DNA of 47,708 nucleotides from Odoribacteraceae bacterium (GTDB lineage Bacteria; Bacteroidota; Bacteroidia; Bacteroidales; Marinifilaceae): NCBI GenBank assembly GCA_031266545.1, contig JAISAV010000078.1, positions 1 to 47,708 of the forward strand, read 5' to 3'. Shown piece by piece: positions 31,876 to 41,115 of this stretch (position 1 is its first letter; each line of letters starts with the position of its first letter). The notes under the pieces were generated by a model. It saw only the letters and a program-made list of their open reading frames with translations, ran no database searches and was not told where the DNA came from. The position numbers and the translations under genes were made by a program.

Positions 31876-34800
31876 TTAAAAGTTTAACTTGATACCAAAG
31901 GAAGACCTGATCGCCTTGGGTGTTTGCGCGTTGTCCTGCACGAGGCCTGTCCCGGAGGGCAAGCTTACCTCGGGATCCTGCCCGGTGTAGTTCGTCCACG
32001 TGAACAGGTCATAGGCCGTGACGAAAACGTCTAGCCGGTTGATCCCCCATTGGGAGGTGAAGCGCTTCGGGACGGTGTAGTTCAAGGAGAGCGTCTTGAA
32101 GCGCAGGAAGGAGGCGTTCTCGACGAAACGATCGGATCCCAGGTAGTTGTAGCCGTAGTTGTACAACGCGCGCGGGATGTCCGTGTCGTCTCCCTCGTTC
32201 CGCCAGCGTTTCAGCACGGCCGTGCTCTGGTTGTCTTTCCCGTACATGGCCTCGCTGGTCATGCGGGCGCGGTTGATGACCTTTTGGCCGACCCGCCCGT
32301 GGAAGAAGGCCGTGAGCAACCACTCCTTATATTTTAAGGAGAAGCCGCCACCGCCGATGAAGAGCGGCATCGCGTTGCCCAGGTAGACGATGTCGTACTG
32401 GTTGATGATCCCGTCCCCGTTTACATCCTCGTACTTGGCGTCACCGGGGGCGACCACCACGTTACCGTTCTTCATGTTGATGGGCACGCCCGTCAAGTCC
32501 ATCATCACATTTCCCTGCCTGTCCTGCGCGTAGGTGTCCGACGCGTTCTGGTAGACGCCCTCGTAGCGGTAACCGTAGAAGGAGCCTACCGGGTTCCCGG
32601 CGATGACCCGCTGCGCGTATTGACCGTTTTTGAACTCGTATTGCTCCTGCTTCATGTTGTCCGGCAGCTTGTCGATCTTGTTCACGTTCTTGCTCACGTT
32701 GGCGTTGATGGTGAATAACCAATCTTTATTGCGGAACGCCTCGTATTCCACGCGAAACTCCAAGCCCCAGTTCGACATTTCGCCGGAGTTGAAGTAACGG
32801 ATCTCGGAGAAGCCGGTCGAGGAGGGAATGTTGATGTCTTTCTGCAACAGGTCTTTTTTCTTGCGCGTGTACCAGTCGAAGGTGACGTAAAGTTTCCTGT
32901 TCAGGAGGGATATATCCGTGCCGACGTTGTATTCCGTGGAGGTTTCCCACTTGAGTTTGTCCAACTGTATCCGCACCGGCTCGATAGCCGAGTTGTCGAT
33001 GTAGCCGGGGGTCAGCGCCCGGAAGGTGCCGATGTAAGGCGCCGAACCGCCGGGCGAGGTGCCGCTCTGCCCGTAGCCCACGCGGATCTTCGCGGATTCC
33101 AGCCATGCCACTTCCTTCAAGAAGTCCTCCTCGTGGGCCAACCATGCCACGCCAAACGCGTCGAACACGCCGAAACGGTTGGAGTTACCCATCGAGGAAT
33201 TGCCCTCCATGTTGACGTTCCCCGAGAAGACATAACGATTCATGAGCGTATAGTTCAGGTTGAGCGTGGCCGTCATCTTGCGCGACTTAGAGGTTCCCGA
33301 CCCCATGCTGACGACCTTACCCCCGGAGGTGGGATCCGCCAAGCTCGGCGAGGAGTTCCCGTAGGTCTGGCTGGAATAACTGGAACTATTGGAGGAGCTG
33401 GTCTTAAAGACCGCCGTGGCCACGAGTTCGTGCATGTCGTTCCAGTTCTTCGTGAAGAGCAACTTGTTGTCCGTCACGATGGACATCTTGTCCGAGAGCA
33501 AGTCTGCGCTACGGTTGAAATACTCGCTCGTCCACACCACGCCGGTGGCCGATTGCGGCAAGAACTTCTGGTTCTTGGTCGAGCCGATCGTCATGGATAC
33601 CAGCCCGACGTAGGTCAAGTTGGAAAGGATCTTGTAGTTTAACCTGAAGTTCATCTTGGCCTCGCGTCCCATCGTGGTGTTGTACGACTCTTTGGCCATA
33701 GCCACGGGGTTAAAGTGGTCTGACCCGTTATATGCTCCCTGAAAATCTGTCACGGGAGAGAAGTAGAGGGAGGTGCGTTTCCCCGTCTCGTCATCGATCC
33801 AGTAGGGACTCTTGTTGGGCATCTTCTTCAGCGCCTCGGAACGGGCATTGTGGTAGTTGTCGTCCCGGTCGCTTTGAGAGTAGGAGAAGTCGGCGTCCAC
33901 CCGCAACTGATCCGAGAAGAAGTAGTTGATATTTAGCGAAGAACTCAAGCGCCGCAGGGCCGTCCCGATGCTCGTTCCCCCCTCGTACAGGTAGCCCAGG
34001 GAGAAGCGATAGATGGCCTTGTCGCCCCCGCCCGACATGGAAAAGTTGTTATCGGAGGTCAACGCCGCGGCGCGTACCTCGTTTAACCATTTCGTGTTTT
34101 GGTTGTACTCGTCAAAGTAGATCCATCCCGGGTTGTAATTCAACTCCGGCGTGTTAAAGAGCAAGTCCATCTCCGTGCCGGCAAACGCGATACCCTTGGC
34201 GTTGGCCGTGTTCCAAATGGCGTCTTGCATCATGGCCACGTACTGGTTGCCGTTCAGCATGGGGATGGTGTTGGGTTCCTGTTTCACGGTAAACTTGGAG
34301 GATAGCGTGAAGGTCGTGGGGCCTTTCGCCCCTTTTTTGGTCGTGATGATCAACACGCCATTCGCCCCCTTGCTCCCCCAGATGGCCGTGGCGGAGGCGT
34401 CCTTTAATACCTCGATGTTCTCGATATCCGCCGGGTTGATGTTTAACAACGCCCCGAAGTCCTCCTCGCTTGCGGTGGCAAACTCGAAATCGGCGTCAAT
34501 ATCTTGATCGCGGGGCACGCCGTCGATCACGATCAACGGTTCCGAGGAGGCGTTCAACGAGCTGGTACCGCGGATGCGGATGGCGCTCCTCGATCCGGGG
34601 TCGCCGCCTAAAATGATGTCCACGCCGCCCAAGCGTCCCTGCAACGCCTCGTCTACCGAGCTGACCGGCGCGACCGCCATGATGTCGTCTAACCTGATGC
34701 GTTGCGTGGCCGAGATCACCTGCCTGTCGGTTAATCCCATGTCGTTCCGGCGAGCGCTCCCCACGACCGTGACCTCGTCTATGAGCACTTGATCCGACTC

Positions 34801-35115
34801 CATGACGATGTCCAGCGTCTTTTGATCCGTGTACTTGATGGACTGGGTTTTCATCCCGATAAAGGAGAAGGTCAATTTAAGCTCGCCCTCTCCCTCGGGT
34901 ACCTTGAGGGAGTATTCCCCGCTGGCGCCCGTGGCTACCCCCGTGAGGAAACGATTCTGGCTGTTGGCAAACACGACATTTACCCCCACGAGTCGCTCTT
35001 TTTTACCATTGATCATTTCAGAGACGGTACCGGATACGATGCGTTGTCCAAAAACTTCTCCCGCCGCGAACAGCAAGAGGAGTGGTAGTATGTATTTAAA
35101 CATTTTCATATGCAA
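31876..35115 (-). CDS. SusC/RagA-family TonB-dependent receptor (pair 2, proximal)
   Basis: Signal peptide ..AAGEVFGQ. CarboxypepD_reg-like N-domain. Plug (IDEVTVVGSARRND.., AIWGSKGANGVLIITTKKG). C-terminus ..FGIKLNF. Start could be any of the MHMKM methionines. No STN signalling extension. Confidence 0.92.
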   Translation of the reverse strand: MHMKMFKYILPLLLLFAAGEVFGQRIVSGTVSEMINGKKERLVGVNVVFANSQNRFLTGVATGASGEYSLKVPEGEGELKLTFSFIGMKTQSIKYTDQKTLDIVMESDQVLIDEVTVVGSARRNDMGLTDRQVISATQRIRLDDIMAVAPVSSVDEALQGRLGGVDIILGGDPGSRSAIRIRGTSSLNASSEPLIVIDGVPRDQDIDADFEFATASEEDFGALLNINPADIENIEVLKDASATAIWGSKGANGVLIITTKKGAKGPTTFTLSSKFTVKQEPNTIPMLNGNQYVAMMQDAIWNTANAKGIAFAGTEMDLLFNTPELNYNPGWIYFDEYNQNTKWLNEVRAAALTSDNNFSMSGGGDKAIYRFSLGYLYEGGTSIGTALRRLSSSLNINYFFSDQLRVDADFSYSQSDRDDNYHNARSEALKKMPNKSPYWIDDETGKRTSLYFSPVTDFQGAYNGSDHFNPVAMAKESYNTTMGREAKMNFRLNYKILSNLTYVGLVSMTIGSTKNQKFLPQSATGVVWTSEYFNRSADLLSDKMSIVTDNKLLFTKNWNDMHELVATAVFKTSSSNSSSYSSQTYGNSSPSLADPTSGGKVVSMGSGTSKSRKMTATLNLNYTLMNRYVFSGNVNMEGNSSMGNSNRFGVFDAFGVAWLAHEEDFLKEVAWLESAKIRVGYGQSGTSPGGSAPYIGTFRALTPGYIDNSAIEPVRIQLDKLKWETSTEYNVGTDISLLNRKLYVTFDWYTRKKKDLLQKDINIPSSTGFSEIRYFNSGEMSNWGLEFRVEYEAFRNKDWLFTINANVSKNVNKIDKLPDNMKQEQYEFKNGQYAQRVIAGNPVGSFYGYRYEGVYQNASDTYAQDRQGNVMMDLTGVPINMKNGNVVVAPGDAKYEDVNGDGIINQYDIVYLGNAMPLFIGGGGFSLKYKEWLLTAFFHGRVGQKVINRARMTSEAMYGKDNQSTAVLKRWRNEGDDTDIPRALYNYGYNYLGSDRFVENASFLRFKTLSLNYTVPKRFTSQWGINRLDVFVTAYDLFTWTNYTGQDPEVSLPSGTGLVQDNAQTPKAIRSSFGIKLNF

Positions 35116-35125
35116 CTCTATTACT

Positions 35126-37375
35126 TTAGTACTCTATAACATCTTTAATCAGGTGAAAACCCCCGTCCGAGTAGGTGAACGGGAAATAATCAAACCGCTC
35201 GTCAACCTCCACCTCGACGTTCCCGTTCGTCAGCACGCTCAACTTGTTCCCGTTGTCGAGGATAGAGAGTTGCGCGTAGGTCACCCCTGCCGGGGTTCTC
35301 TCCACGACCCTGCTGGTGTTGAACTTCCCGGCACAATCGCCCCCGATGTACGGGTAATCCACGATCCCGTTCACGTCCGTCGACAGGAAATAGTATTGCA
35401 GGTACTCGGAGAGCGCCACCGGGTCGGTGATCGTGCCGTCGGTGGCCACCCCGGGGATCCGTCCGTCCGCGGTGGCTTGCACGATGGCCTCGTTGGTCGG
35501 GATAAAGACGATAAAGTGCGCCCCGATAAAGTTTAACGTGCCGTTAGACACCAAGTTCGACCCTTGGATCAAGCGGGCAAACTCGTAGAAGGGGCGCGTC
35601 GCGTCGCGGTCGATACTCAGCAGATCGGCAAGGTGCTGGCTTCCGGTGGGCACGAATACCTCGCCGGGATAGGCGTACACGTTCCCGTTCGACCAGCGTG
35701 TCCCGTCAAACAATACCTCCGAGAAGGCGACAAACGGGTCGTAACTCGCGTTATTCACCTTTCCCGCCGTGTAGATGGCGCTCGTCGTGATCTTGCCGTT
35801 TTTCAGGTACCAGTAGTTGAACGGGCTGTTCGTGCGGATTACCTTGGTGCCGGTGGTGGGCAGGGCGGTACCTCCCGTCACGAGGTGCATGTTCGCGATG
35901 TTCTGCATCAACGAGGTGCCTATGAGTTCCGGGATACCGTCCACCTCGACCATCAAGTCACCGTTGACGTCCTTGATGATGCCGAGCGTGGCCAGTTGGT
36001 CGTTGGTCGGCATCAAGGCGACCATGTTCACGTCAGGTGATGTCAATGGCTCCAGCAAGCTGGAATTTTTCAATATATAGAGGTACCAACTGAACTGTTT
36101 CTCCCGGAAGGCGGCCCCCGTGATGGCCCGGTATATCTCCGGGATCGCCATCTCTTCCAGCCCGTAGAAGGCCCCGTTGACGCACATTTTCCGGTCTTGC
36201 ACCTTGCTCACGTCGATGTTAATCTTCGTGTTGTAGCGCGTGACGATGTCTCCCCGGGTAATCTCTTCCGGGAAGACGACCAGCCCGCTATACACGTGGT
36301 TGTTCAACATGTAACTCATGGCGAGAGGATCAACCTCGTTAAACGAGGCGTACCCGCCGGGTCGCCAGTAACTCTCGAAAAATGCGTCGAAAGCCGCGTT
36401 GGACGGGGCAAAAACGCTGTACGCCATTGCCGAAAGGATGGAAATAGCCCTGAAGTTGGAGGTCGGCCACTCGTAGGCGATGGGAGGCAGGTCGTCGCCG
36501 TGGTTGTAAAGGTAAAGGTCTGAACCGTTCCCGTAGTTCGTCGTCAACTCGTCGTCTTTCACGAAGTTCGCGAATTGCTCGTACATCTCCAGGAAGCGGC
36601 TATAGGTGCCTTCCTTCTTCTTCAACTCCGTGTAGATCGTCTCCAGGGGTTCCAGCACCTTGTCGATCGTGTAGACGTAGCCATTGTCCGTCACGATCCC
36701 GTACTCCTTCACGCTCGCGTTCGAGACGTTAAAGCCTTCGGCCCCCGTCCAGCGCGAGTCGGCGTAGAAGTACTCGTAATTGTACGCCGGGTCTATGCGC
36801 TTGGTATTGAACAGGTGATAGGAGAACACGGGCAGAAAGCGTTCCGGGTGATAGATGCTGATCTCACGCTCCGTGTAGATGGGTAACCCGTTCCCGTCCA
36901 CGCCCTCCTCGCGAACCGTGGCTCGCTCGATCGGGTCTTGGCTCTTCGTCCGGTGCTTGTAATAGAATCCCGCCCCGTAGAGCGAGTTCTCCAGGCCGTC
37001 CGGGTGATAATTTTCAAGCATACCTTTACTATAGGAGTAATACATCAGGTGAAACCCGATCAACTTGCTGATCTCAGCCTGGGGAAGTTGCTCGATAGAA
37101 GAGACACCCTTGGCGGTCAAGTAAGCTTGAAACGCGTCGTCGTCGGGGGCCATAATCGTCAAGATGCTCTTCCCCTCCACGATGGGTTTAAATCCGGATA
37201 ACTCCACTCCTTTCAAGAAAATAGAGAAATTTCCCCTGTCTTCCAAGACCTCCCACGCGCTCCCTTTTAACCAGTCGGGGATTTTGTAGTGCTCGTCCAT
37301 CTTGTTCTCACACGCGGAGAGGACGAACGAGAAGAGAAAGAAGCTTAACCATCTTTGAATACATGTTTTTTTCAT
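35126..37375 (-). CDS. Multi-FAS1 (fasciclin) domain surface lipoprotein
   Basis: Lipobox FVLSAC. Four FAS1-like cores: LTIMAPDDDAFQAYL, YSVFAPSNAAFDAFF, MVALMPTNDQLATLG, FIVFIPTNEAIVQA. Confidence 0.8.
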   Translation of the reverse strand: MKKTCIQRWLSFFLFSFVLSACENKMDEHYKIPDWLKGSAWEVLEDRGNFSIFLKGVELSGFKPIVEGKSILTIMAPDDDAFQAYLTAKGVSSIEQLPQAEISKLIGFHLMYYSYSKGMLENYHPDGLENSLYGAGFYYKHRTKSQDPIERATVREEGVDGNGLPIYTEREISIYHPERFLPVFSYHLFNTKRIDPAYNYEYFYADSRWTGAEGFNVSNASVKEYGIVTDNGYVYTIDKVLEPLETIYTELKKKEGTYSRFLEMYEQFANFVKDDELTTNYGNGSDLYLYNHGDDLPPIAYEWPTSNFRAISILSAMAYSVFAPSNAAFDAFFESYWRPGGYASFNEVDPLAMSYMLNNHVYSGLVVFPEEITRGDIVTRYNTKINIDVSKVQDRKMCVNGAFYGLEEMAIPEIYRAITGAAFREKQFSWYLYILKNSSLLEPLTSPDVNMVALMPTNDQLATLGIIKDVNGDLMVEVDGIPELIGTSLMQNIANMHLVTGGTALPTTGTKVIRTNSPFNYWYLKNGKITTSAIYTAGKVNNASYDPFVAFSEVLFDGTRWSNGNVYAYPGEVFVPTGSQHLADLLSIDRDATRPFYEFARLIQGSNLVSNGTLNFIGAHFIVFIPTNEAIVQATADGRIPGVATDGTITDPVALSEYLQYYFLSTDVNGIVDYPYIGGDCAGKFNTSRVVERTPAGVTYAQLSILDNGNKLSVLTNGNVEVEVDERFDYFPFTYSDGGFHLIKDVIEY

Positions 37376-37417
37376 AAGCTATCGTGTTATTTAAAGTTGT
37401 GTGATTGTGATATTATA

Positions 37418-39553
37418 CTAAGGCATTCTCTCCAAGCCTTCCCACTTCACCTTCCATCCCTTGGGAATGCCGGGATTTTCTTCCGTGCAACCGTCGTAAC
37501 CGGCGCACATCATTGCCACCGCGGCCAACGTGCCGCCGTTGCCCGGCAGGTAAACCCGCAGGCGCGAATCTTGGTAATTATGCCCGTTGGGCAGGTAAGT
37601 ATTTTTTTGCTGATCCATCAACAACAGGTCGACGGCCTTCTCCGGCAATCCCAGTCGCACGGCGCTCATGGCGGCCAGGGGGTAATCCCAGCCCCACGTC
37701 TGGCTCCAAAACCAGTTGTCGTGGATGAAATGGAAGGTGTTCGTCATCGTCTCCTTGTTCACCAGACGCTCCACGGGCGGGAGGAAACCGTACGCGCCCA
37801 ACACCATCGGGTGGTCGGACATGTATTTTTCGTTGGTGTAGGTGTCCGGCAGGCTCTCCGCCGCGAGGTACAGCCCTTCTCGCTCGGCGAAGGGGGGTAA
37901 CTTGGCGATGATCTCGTCCCACGACGCTTCCCGCTCCATGCCCAGGCGAACCCGCCACTCCTGAGCCGTCTTCAACCCCCAGTGCCAGTAGGAGACCTCG
38001 AACGGGGGATTGTGGGAGTTGTCCGGCTTCAACGTCTCCTGCGCGCCGTTCACGTGATTCAACGAGTAGCAATCCCGATCCTTCTCGTACACCACGAAAT
38101 CGGCCATGAAATCGGCCGTGGCAAACACGAGATCCTTGTACTCGCGCAGGGCCTCGGTGCCAAAACGGCGGTAGAGCAACTCGGCGAAATAGATGACGTG
38201 GGGCTGTTCCCAGATCAAAAACGAGCCAACGCTCGACGGCGACTCTTTTCCAGACGGGTCGGTCATCTTCATCCAGCGTACGCCCTTGTACCCTTGTCTC
38301 TCGGCGGTCTTTCTGGCTTCCGGCAACGCGCTCTGGTACCACGCCATCGAGGGTTTGAGCAGCTCGGCGCGATTCCACAACGCGAAATGCATCTGATGCC
38401 ACCAGATCATCTCCATGTGAAATTTTCCAAACCAACTGTTATAGGTCAACCCGGTTTCCTGCGGGGGCGTTGATCCCGCGCACTGGATGGCCATCAGGTA
38501 CTGGGAGAGGATGACCCGCCGCTCCAACTCAAGCGCCCGGGGATCCTTGTTCCCGGAAAAATCAATAGCACCGCCTGACGTCCAAAAATGTTGCCAATGT
38601 ACGGTGCTACTGTCTGCCGTCTCCTGATAACCGGGGAGTTCAATCGTCTGCGTGGAGGGGGTGAAGGAACAGGTCAGTTCAAGTCGTTGCTCTCCCTGTC
38701 GCGGCTCCAGCAGGAAGCGGTGCTCCTCTTGACGCGTCATTCCGGCCGCTCCATCCCAGGAGATATTCACGTGATAGCGGGTGCTGTCCAACACGCGTTG
38801 CAGGGTAGCCCCGTTCGGGCCGTTTTCCACCAGCGTCGTCTGGTGTTTCTCCGGGTGGCTCCAATCGCTCGCGGCGTCGCTGTGCTTCCCGGTGGGGTAG
38901 GGGAAGGTAAAGCGGATCTTTAATTGCCCTTTCGCGACGAGCGGGGACTCGACGCGTGCGGAAATCGCGTCGATGGCGGGATGCGCGTAAGTACTTACTT
39001 CCACCTTTTCATTATCAAAGAGAAAAGTCGAATGAACGCCTCCCGACCAGAGATCTATCTCCTCTTGAATGGCCGAAATATCTTCCGGCGCGGCCGGGGA
39101 GCCGTCCTTTTTAAGGAGTTCCAGCCCGATATATCCCAGGTGCAAGCGGTGCGGGTTCACGCGGAAATAGTCGGCCGCCTTGGCGGCATGTTCGGGAGTT
39201 CTTACCTGCACGAGATAACTCTCTTTCCGCCCCCGCCCGAAGTCGTACACGCGCAACGACTCTTCAATGCGATAATCATTGTCATTCGGGAAACTATGCC
39301 ATCCCCACTGCGATTGTGTCCCCAGCGGGACCCCCGTCTCGTACAATTCTGGAAAAGTTTGCAGGCCGGTGGCGTCTACCGTGAAGGCAAACTCGCCATT
39401 CCCCACGGAGAGCGAGGCGTGCGGGTCGAAGTGGGTCACCTGAATATTATGCCTCTGCACCAACGCGAGCCTGTTGATATTCTCTTCTGCCTCGCATCCC
39501 AGGCAGATGCCCCCGGCGAGGGAAATCACGACAAAACACATGTTCTTCATCAT
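37418..39553 (-). CDS. Putative glycoside hydrolase lipoprotein (beta-sandwich plus (alpha/alpha)6-like; CAZy family unresolved)
   Basis: Lipobox ICLGC. 711 aa. First gene of the array. Central and C-terminal Trp-rich helical region (ILSQYLMAIQCAG..PQETGLTYNSWFGKFHMEMIWWH.., SQTWGWDYPLAAMSAVRLGLPEKAVDLL) is reminiscent of six-hairpin glycosidases. I cannot name the family. Confidence 0.45.
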   Translation of the reverse strand: MMKNMCFVVISLAGGICLGCEAEENINRLALVQRHNIQVTHFDPHASLSVGNGEFAFTVDATGLQTFPELYETGVPLGTQSQWGWHSFPNDNDYRIEESLRVYDFGRGRKESYLVQVRTPEHAAKAADYFRVNPHRLHLGYIGLELLKKDGSPAAPEDISAIQEEIDLWSGGVHSTFLFDNEKVEVSTYAHPAIDAISARVESPLVAKGQLKIRFTFPYPTGKHSDAASDWSHPEKHQTTLVENGPNGATLQRVLDSTRYHVNISWDGAAGMTRQEEHRFLLEPRQGEQRLELTCSFTPSTQTIELPGYQETADSSTVHWQHFWTSGGAIDFSGNKDPRALELERRVILSQYLMAIQCAGSTPPQETGLTYNSWFGKFHMEMIWWHQMHFALWNRAELLKPSMAWYQSALPEARKTAERQGYKGVRWMKMTDPSGKESPSSVGSFLIWEQPHVIYFAELLYRRFGTEALREYKDLVFATADFMADFVVYEKDRDCYSLNHVNGAQETLKPDNSHNPPFEVSYWHWGLKTAQEWRVRLGMEREASWDEIIAKLPPFAEREGLYLAAESLPDTYTNEKYMSDHPMVLGAYGFLPPVERLVNKETMTNTFHFIHDNWFWSQTWGWDYPLAAMSAVRLGLPEKAVDLLLMDQQKNTYLPNGHNYQDSRLRVYLPGNGGTLAAVAMMCAGYDGCTEENPGIPKGWKVKWEGLERMP

Positions 39554-39647
39554 GTTTTTTCTATTTCGATTAGTAAGTTATCCTAAAAGTGATTACCTTT
39601 GTCACGGCGAATTTGTAGCGTCCTTGTAAGCACTCGTAGATTCATCA

Positions 39648-39655
39648 CAAATTTA
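39648..39655 (-). promoter_or_regulatory. -7 box TAAATTTG upstream of the array
   Basis: Plus strand reads CAAATTTA, which is TAnnTTTG on the minus strand, about 95 nt upstream of ATG 39553. Confidence 0.4.
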
Positions 39656-40043
39656 TGGTTGTTTTACGGTGGTATAATCAAGAAATTTGACCTTTTTGCT
39701 GCTCGTTTTGTCTTTTTCCCATAAAAATCAACCCCATAAGCTATCTAAATTGATTTAAAACGATGCTTTTTTCGACGTGTTGTATCTCTTTAAAATAGGT
39801 GCTGCAAGGGGGGTAGTCCGATTTTTTATGTTTTTTTTATGATATTGCGTCGTTCGAAGGGGGGTGTTCCCAAGAATCTATAAGAATTACCACATAAATG
39901 GTATTGACGCATGGGGTATCTGGCCTTATCTTTGTATCGAGAAAAAAAAATTTATGAAGAGGGCAAAAGATCGTTGATTTTGTATTCATATTCCCCGATT
40001 TTCGTTCTTTAGTTTATGGAGGGATTTTAAGGTTTTATCCTCC

Positions 40044-40073
40044 ACACGCGCGCGGCTCGAGTCGCGCGCGTGT
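40044..40073 (-). terminator. GC-rich hairpin downstream of the sigma-factor gene
   Basis: ACACGCGCGCG-GCTCGAGT-CGCGCGCGTGT (11-bp perfect stem), 78 nt after the sigma stop. No clean U-tract. Confidence 0.5.
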
Positions 40074-40150
40074 CGTGTTCAACTCCTCCCGGCGTCAGCC
40101 CCAGGTAGTACAATCCGTTCCCGCGCGATGGACTACCGGGCCTTCAGGCT

Positions 40151-40714
40151 TTAAGTTGGGGGAAAAGCGTCAAGTGACCTCGCGCGGATCGCGTTGCGGA
40201 GGGTTTTCATGGCGCGCTTCAAGTGCGTTTTCACGGTGGACTCGGCTATTTGCATCTCGGCGGCGATGTCGCCGATCGTTCTTTGGCGGAGCACGTGTTC
40301 CGTGATCACCCGGTATCCCTGCCCGGGGAGAAGCGCCAGCAGCCGCTGGAGTTCTGCCCGCGCTTCGGGTTCGACGTCCGGCTCCTCGATGCCGGCGAAG
40401 AGCATGGCCTCGACGAGTTTATCTTGGTGGCTATCCTTGATCTTCAAGTGGCGGAGGTAATTGAAGCACTCGTTTTTCACGATCACCAGCAGGTAAGCCA
40501 CCACGTTCTGTCCCGGGCGGATGCTGCCCGCATTGTTCCACAGGGAGAGGTAAGCCTCCTGCACGATGTCCTCCGCCTCGCGCGCGTCGTAGACGTAACG
40601 CCCCGCGTAGCGGCACAAGCCCGCGAAGTGAGAACGATACAGGTCATGAAACGCCCGCTCGTCCCGTTCGCGGATACGGCTTCCTATTCTCTCTAACTCG
40701 TCCGGATGATACAT
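40151..40714 (-). CDS. ECF-type RNA polymerase sigma-70 factor (Bacteroides-expansion type)
   Basis: ORF 40151..40765, trimmed to ATG 40714 (MYHPDELERIGSRIRERDERAFHDLY..). Region 2 (DIVQEAYLSLWNN). Region 4 HTH (TIGDIAAEMQIAESTVKTHLKRAMKTLR). Confidence 0.88.
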   Translation of the reverse strand: MYHPDELERIGSRIRERDERAFHDLYRSHFAGLCRYAGRYVYDAREAEDIVQEAYLSLWNNAGSIRPGQNVVAYLLVIVKNECFNYLRHLKIKDSHQDKLVEAMLFAGIEEPDVEPEARAELQRLLALLPGQGYRVITEHVLRQRTIGDIAAEMQIAESTVKTHLKRAMKTLRNAIRARSLDAFPPT

Positions 40715-40869
40715 TACACACACACTGAAAACACCGCGAAGATAGAAGGAAAACGAGAATGACAAGCCCGCCGGTGAAAAATCGTCGCGTTTATTAAAAA
40801 TTTTTTTGTAAAATATTTTGCACGTATCATTTTCGCGCCTATCTTCGCGCCGTACAAGTTAGATTTCAA

Positions 40870-40950
40870 ATGAACAAATTAAACCTACACGTGATTCTAT
40901 TAGTGACCGGTGGTATTATTACCGCGGGAGCGAGGAAGGCGTGCCGGTAG
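40870..40950 (+). CDS. Leader peptide 1, Ile/Leu/Val-rich (MNKLNLHVILLVTGGIITAGARKACR)
   Basis: 26-codon ORF read directly. 9 of 26 residues are I/L/V. Followed 20 nt later by a canonical terminator. Contains the antiterminator box GAGGAAGG (40932-40939). Confidence 0.7.
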   Translation: MNKLNLHVILLVTGGIITAGARKACR

Positions 40951-40970
40951 ACATGAGTTTTAGTTTTAGG

Positions 40971-41002
40971 GCCTTTCTCGCGCAATCGAGAAAGGCTTTT
41001 TT
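40971..41002 (+). terminator. Attenuator terminator 1
   Basis: GCCTTTCTCG-CGCAAT-CGAGAAAGGC followed by TTTTTT. Confidence 0.85.
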
Positions 41003-41014
41003 AATTTAAAAGAG

Positions 41015-41077
41015 ATGACAAGACAAGAGAACATACAGATTATTATCGTGATTCTACTCGTGGTGCTACAGACATGA
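41015..41077 (+). CDS. Leader peptide 2, Ile/Leu/Val-rich ([20 protein letters not shown])
   Basis: 20-codon ORF read directly. 11 of 20 residues are I/L/V, ten of them consecutive ([10 protein letters not shown]). A GAGGAAGG box lies 4 nt after the stop (41081-41088). Confidence 0.75.
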   Translation: MTRQENIQIIIVILLVVLQT

Positions 41078-41115
41078 CGAGAGGAAGGACGCGTACCATA
41101 GTGAAAACTTATCAA

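Noticed and set aside
39554-40150. A FecR-like anti-sigma gene or any small gene in the gap after the ECF sigma factor
   Set aside because: No ORF of 60 aa or more in any frame per the track. The sequence is AT-rich and homopolymer-rich. Only remnants detectable by tblastn could remain.
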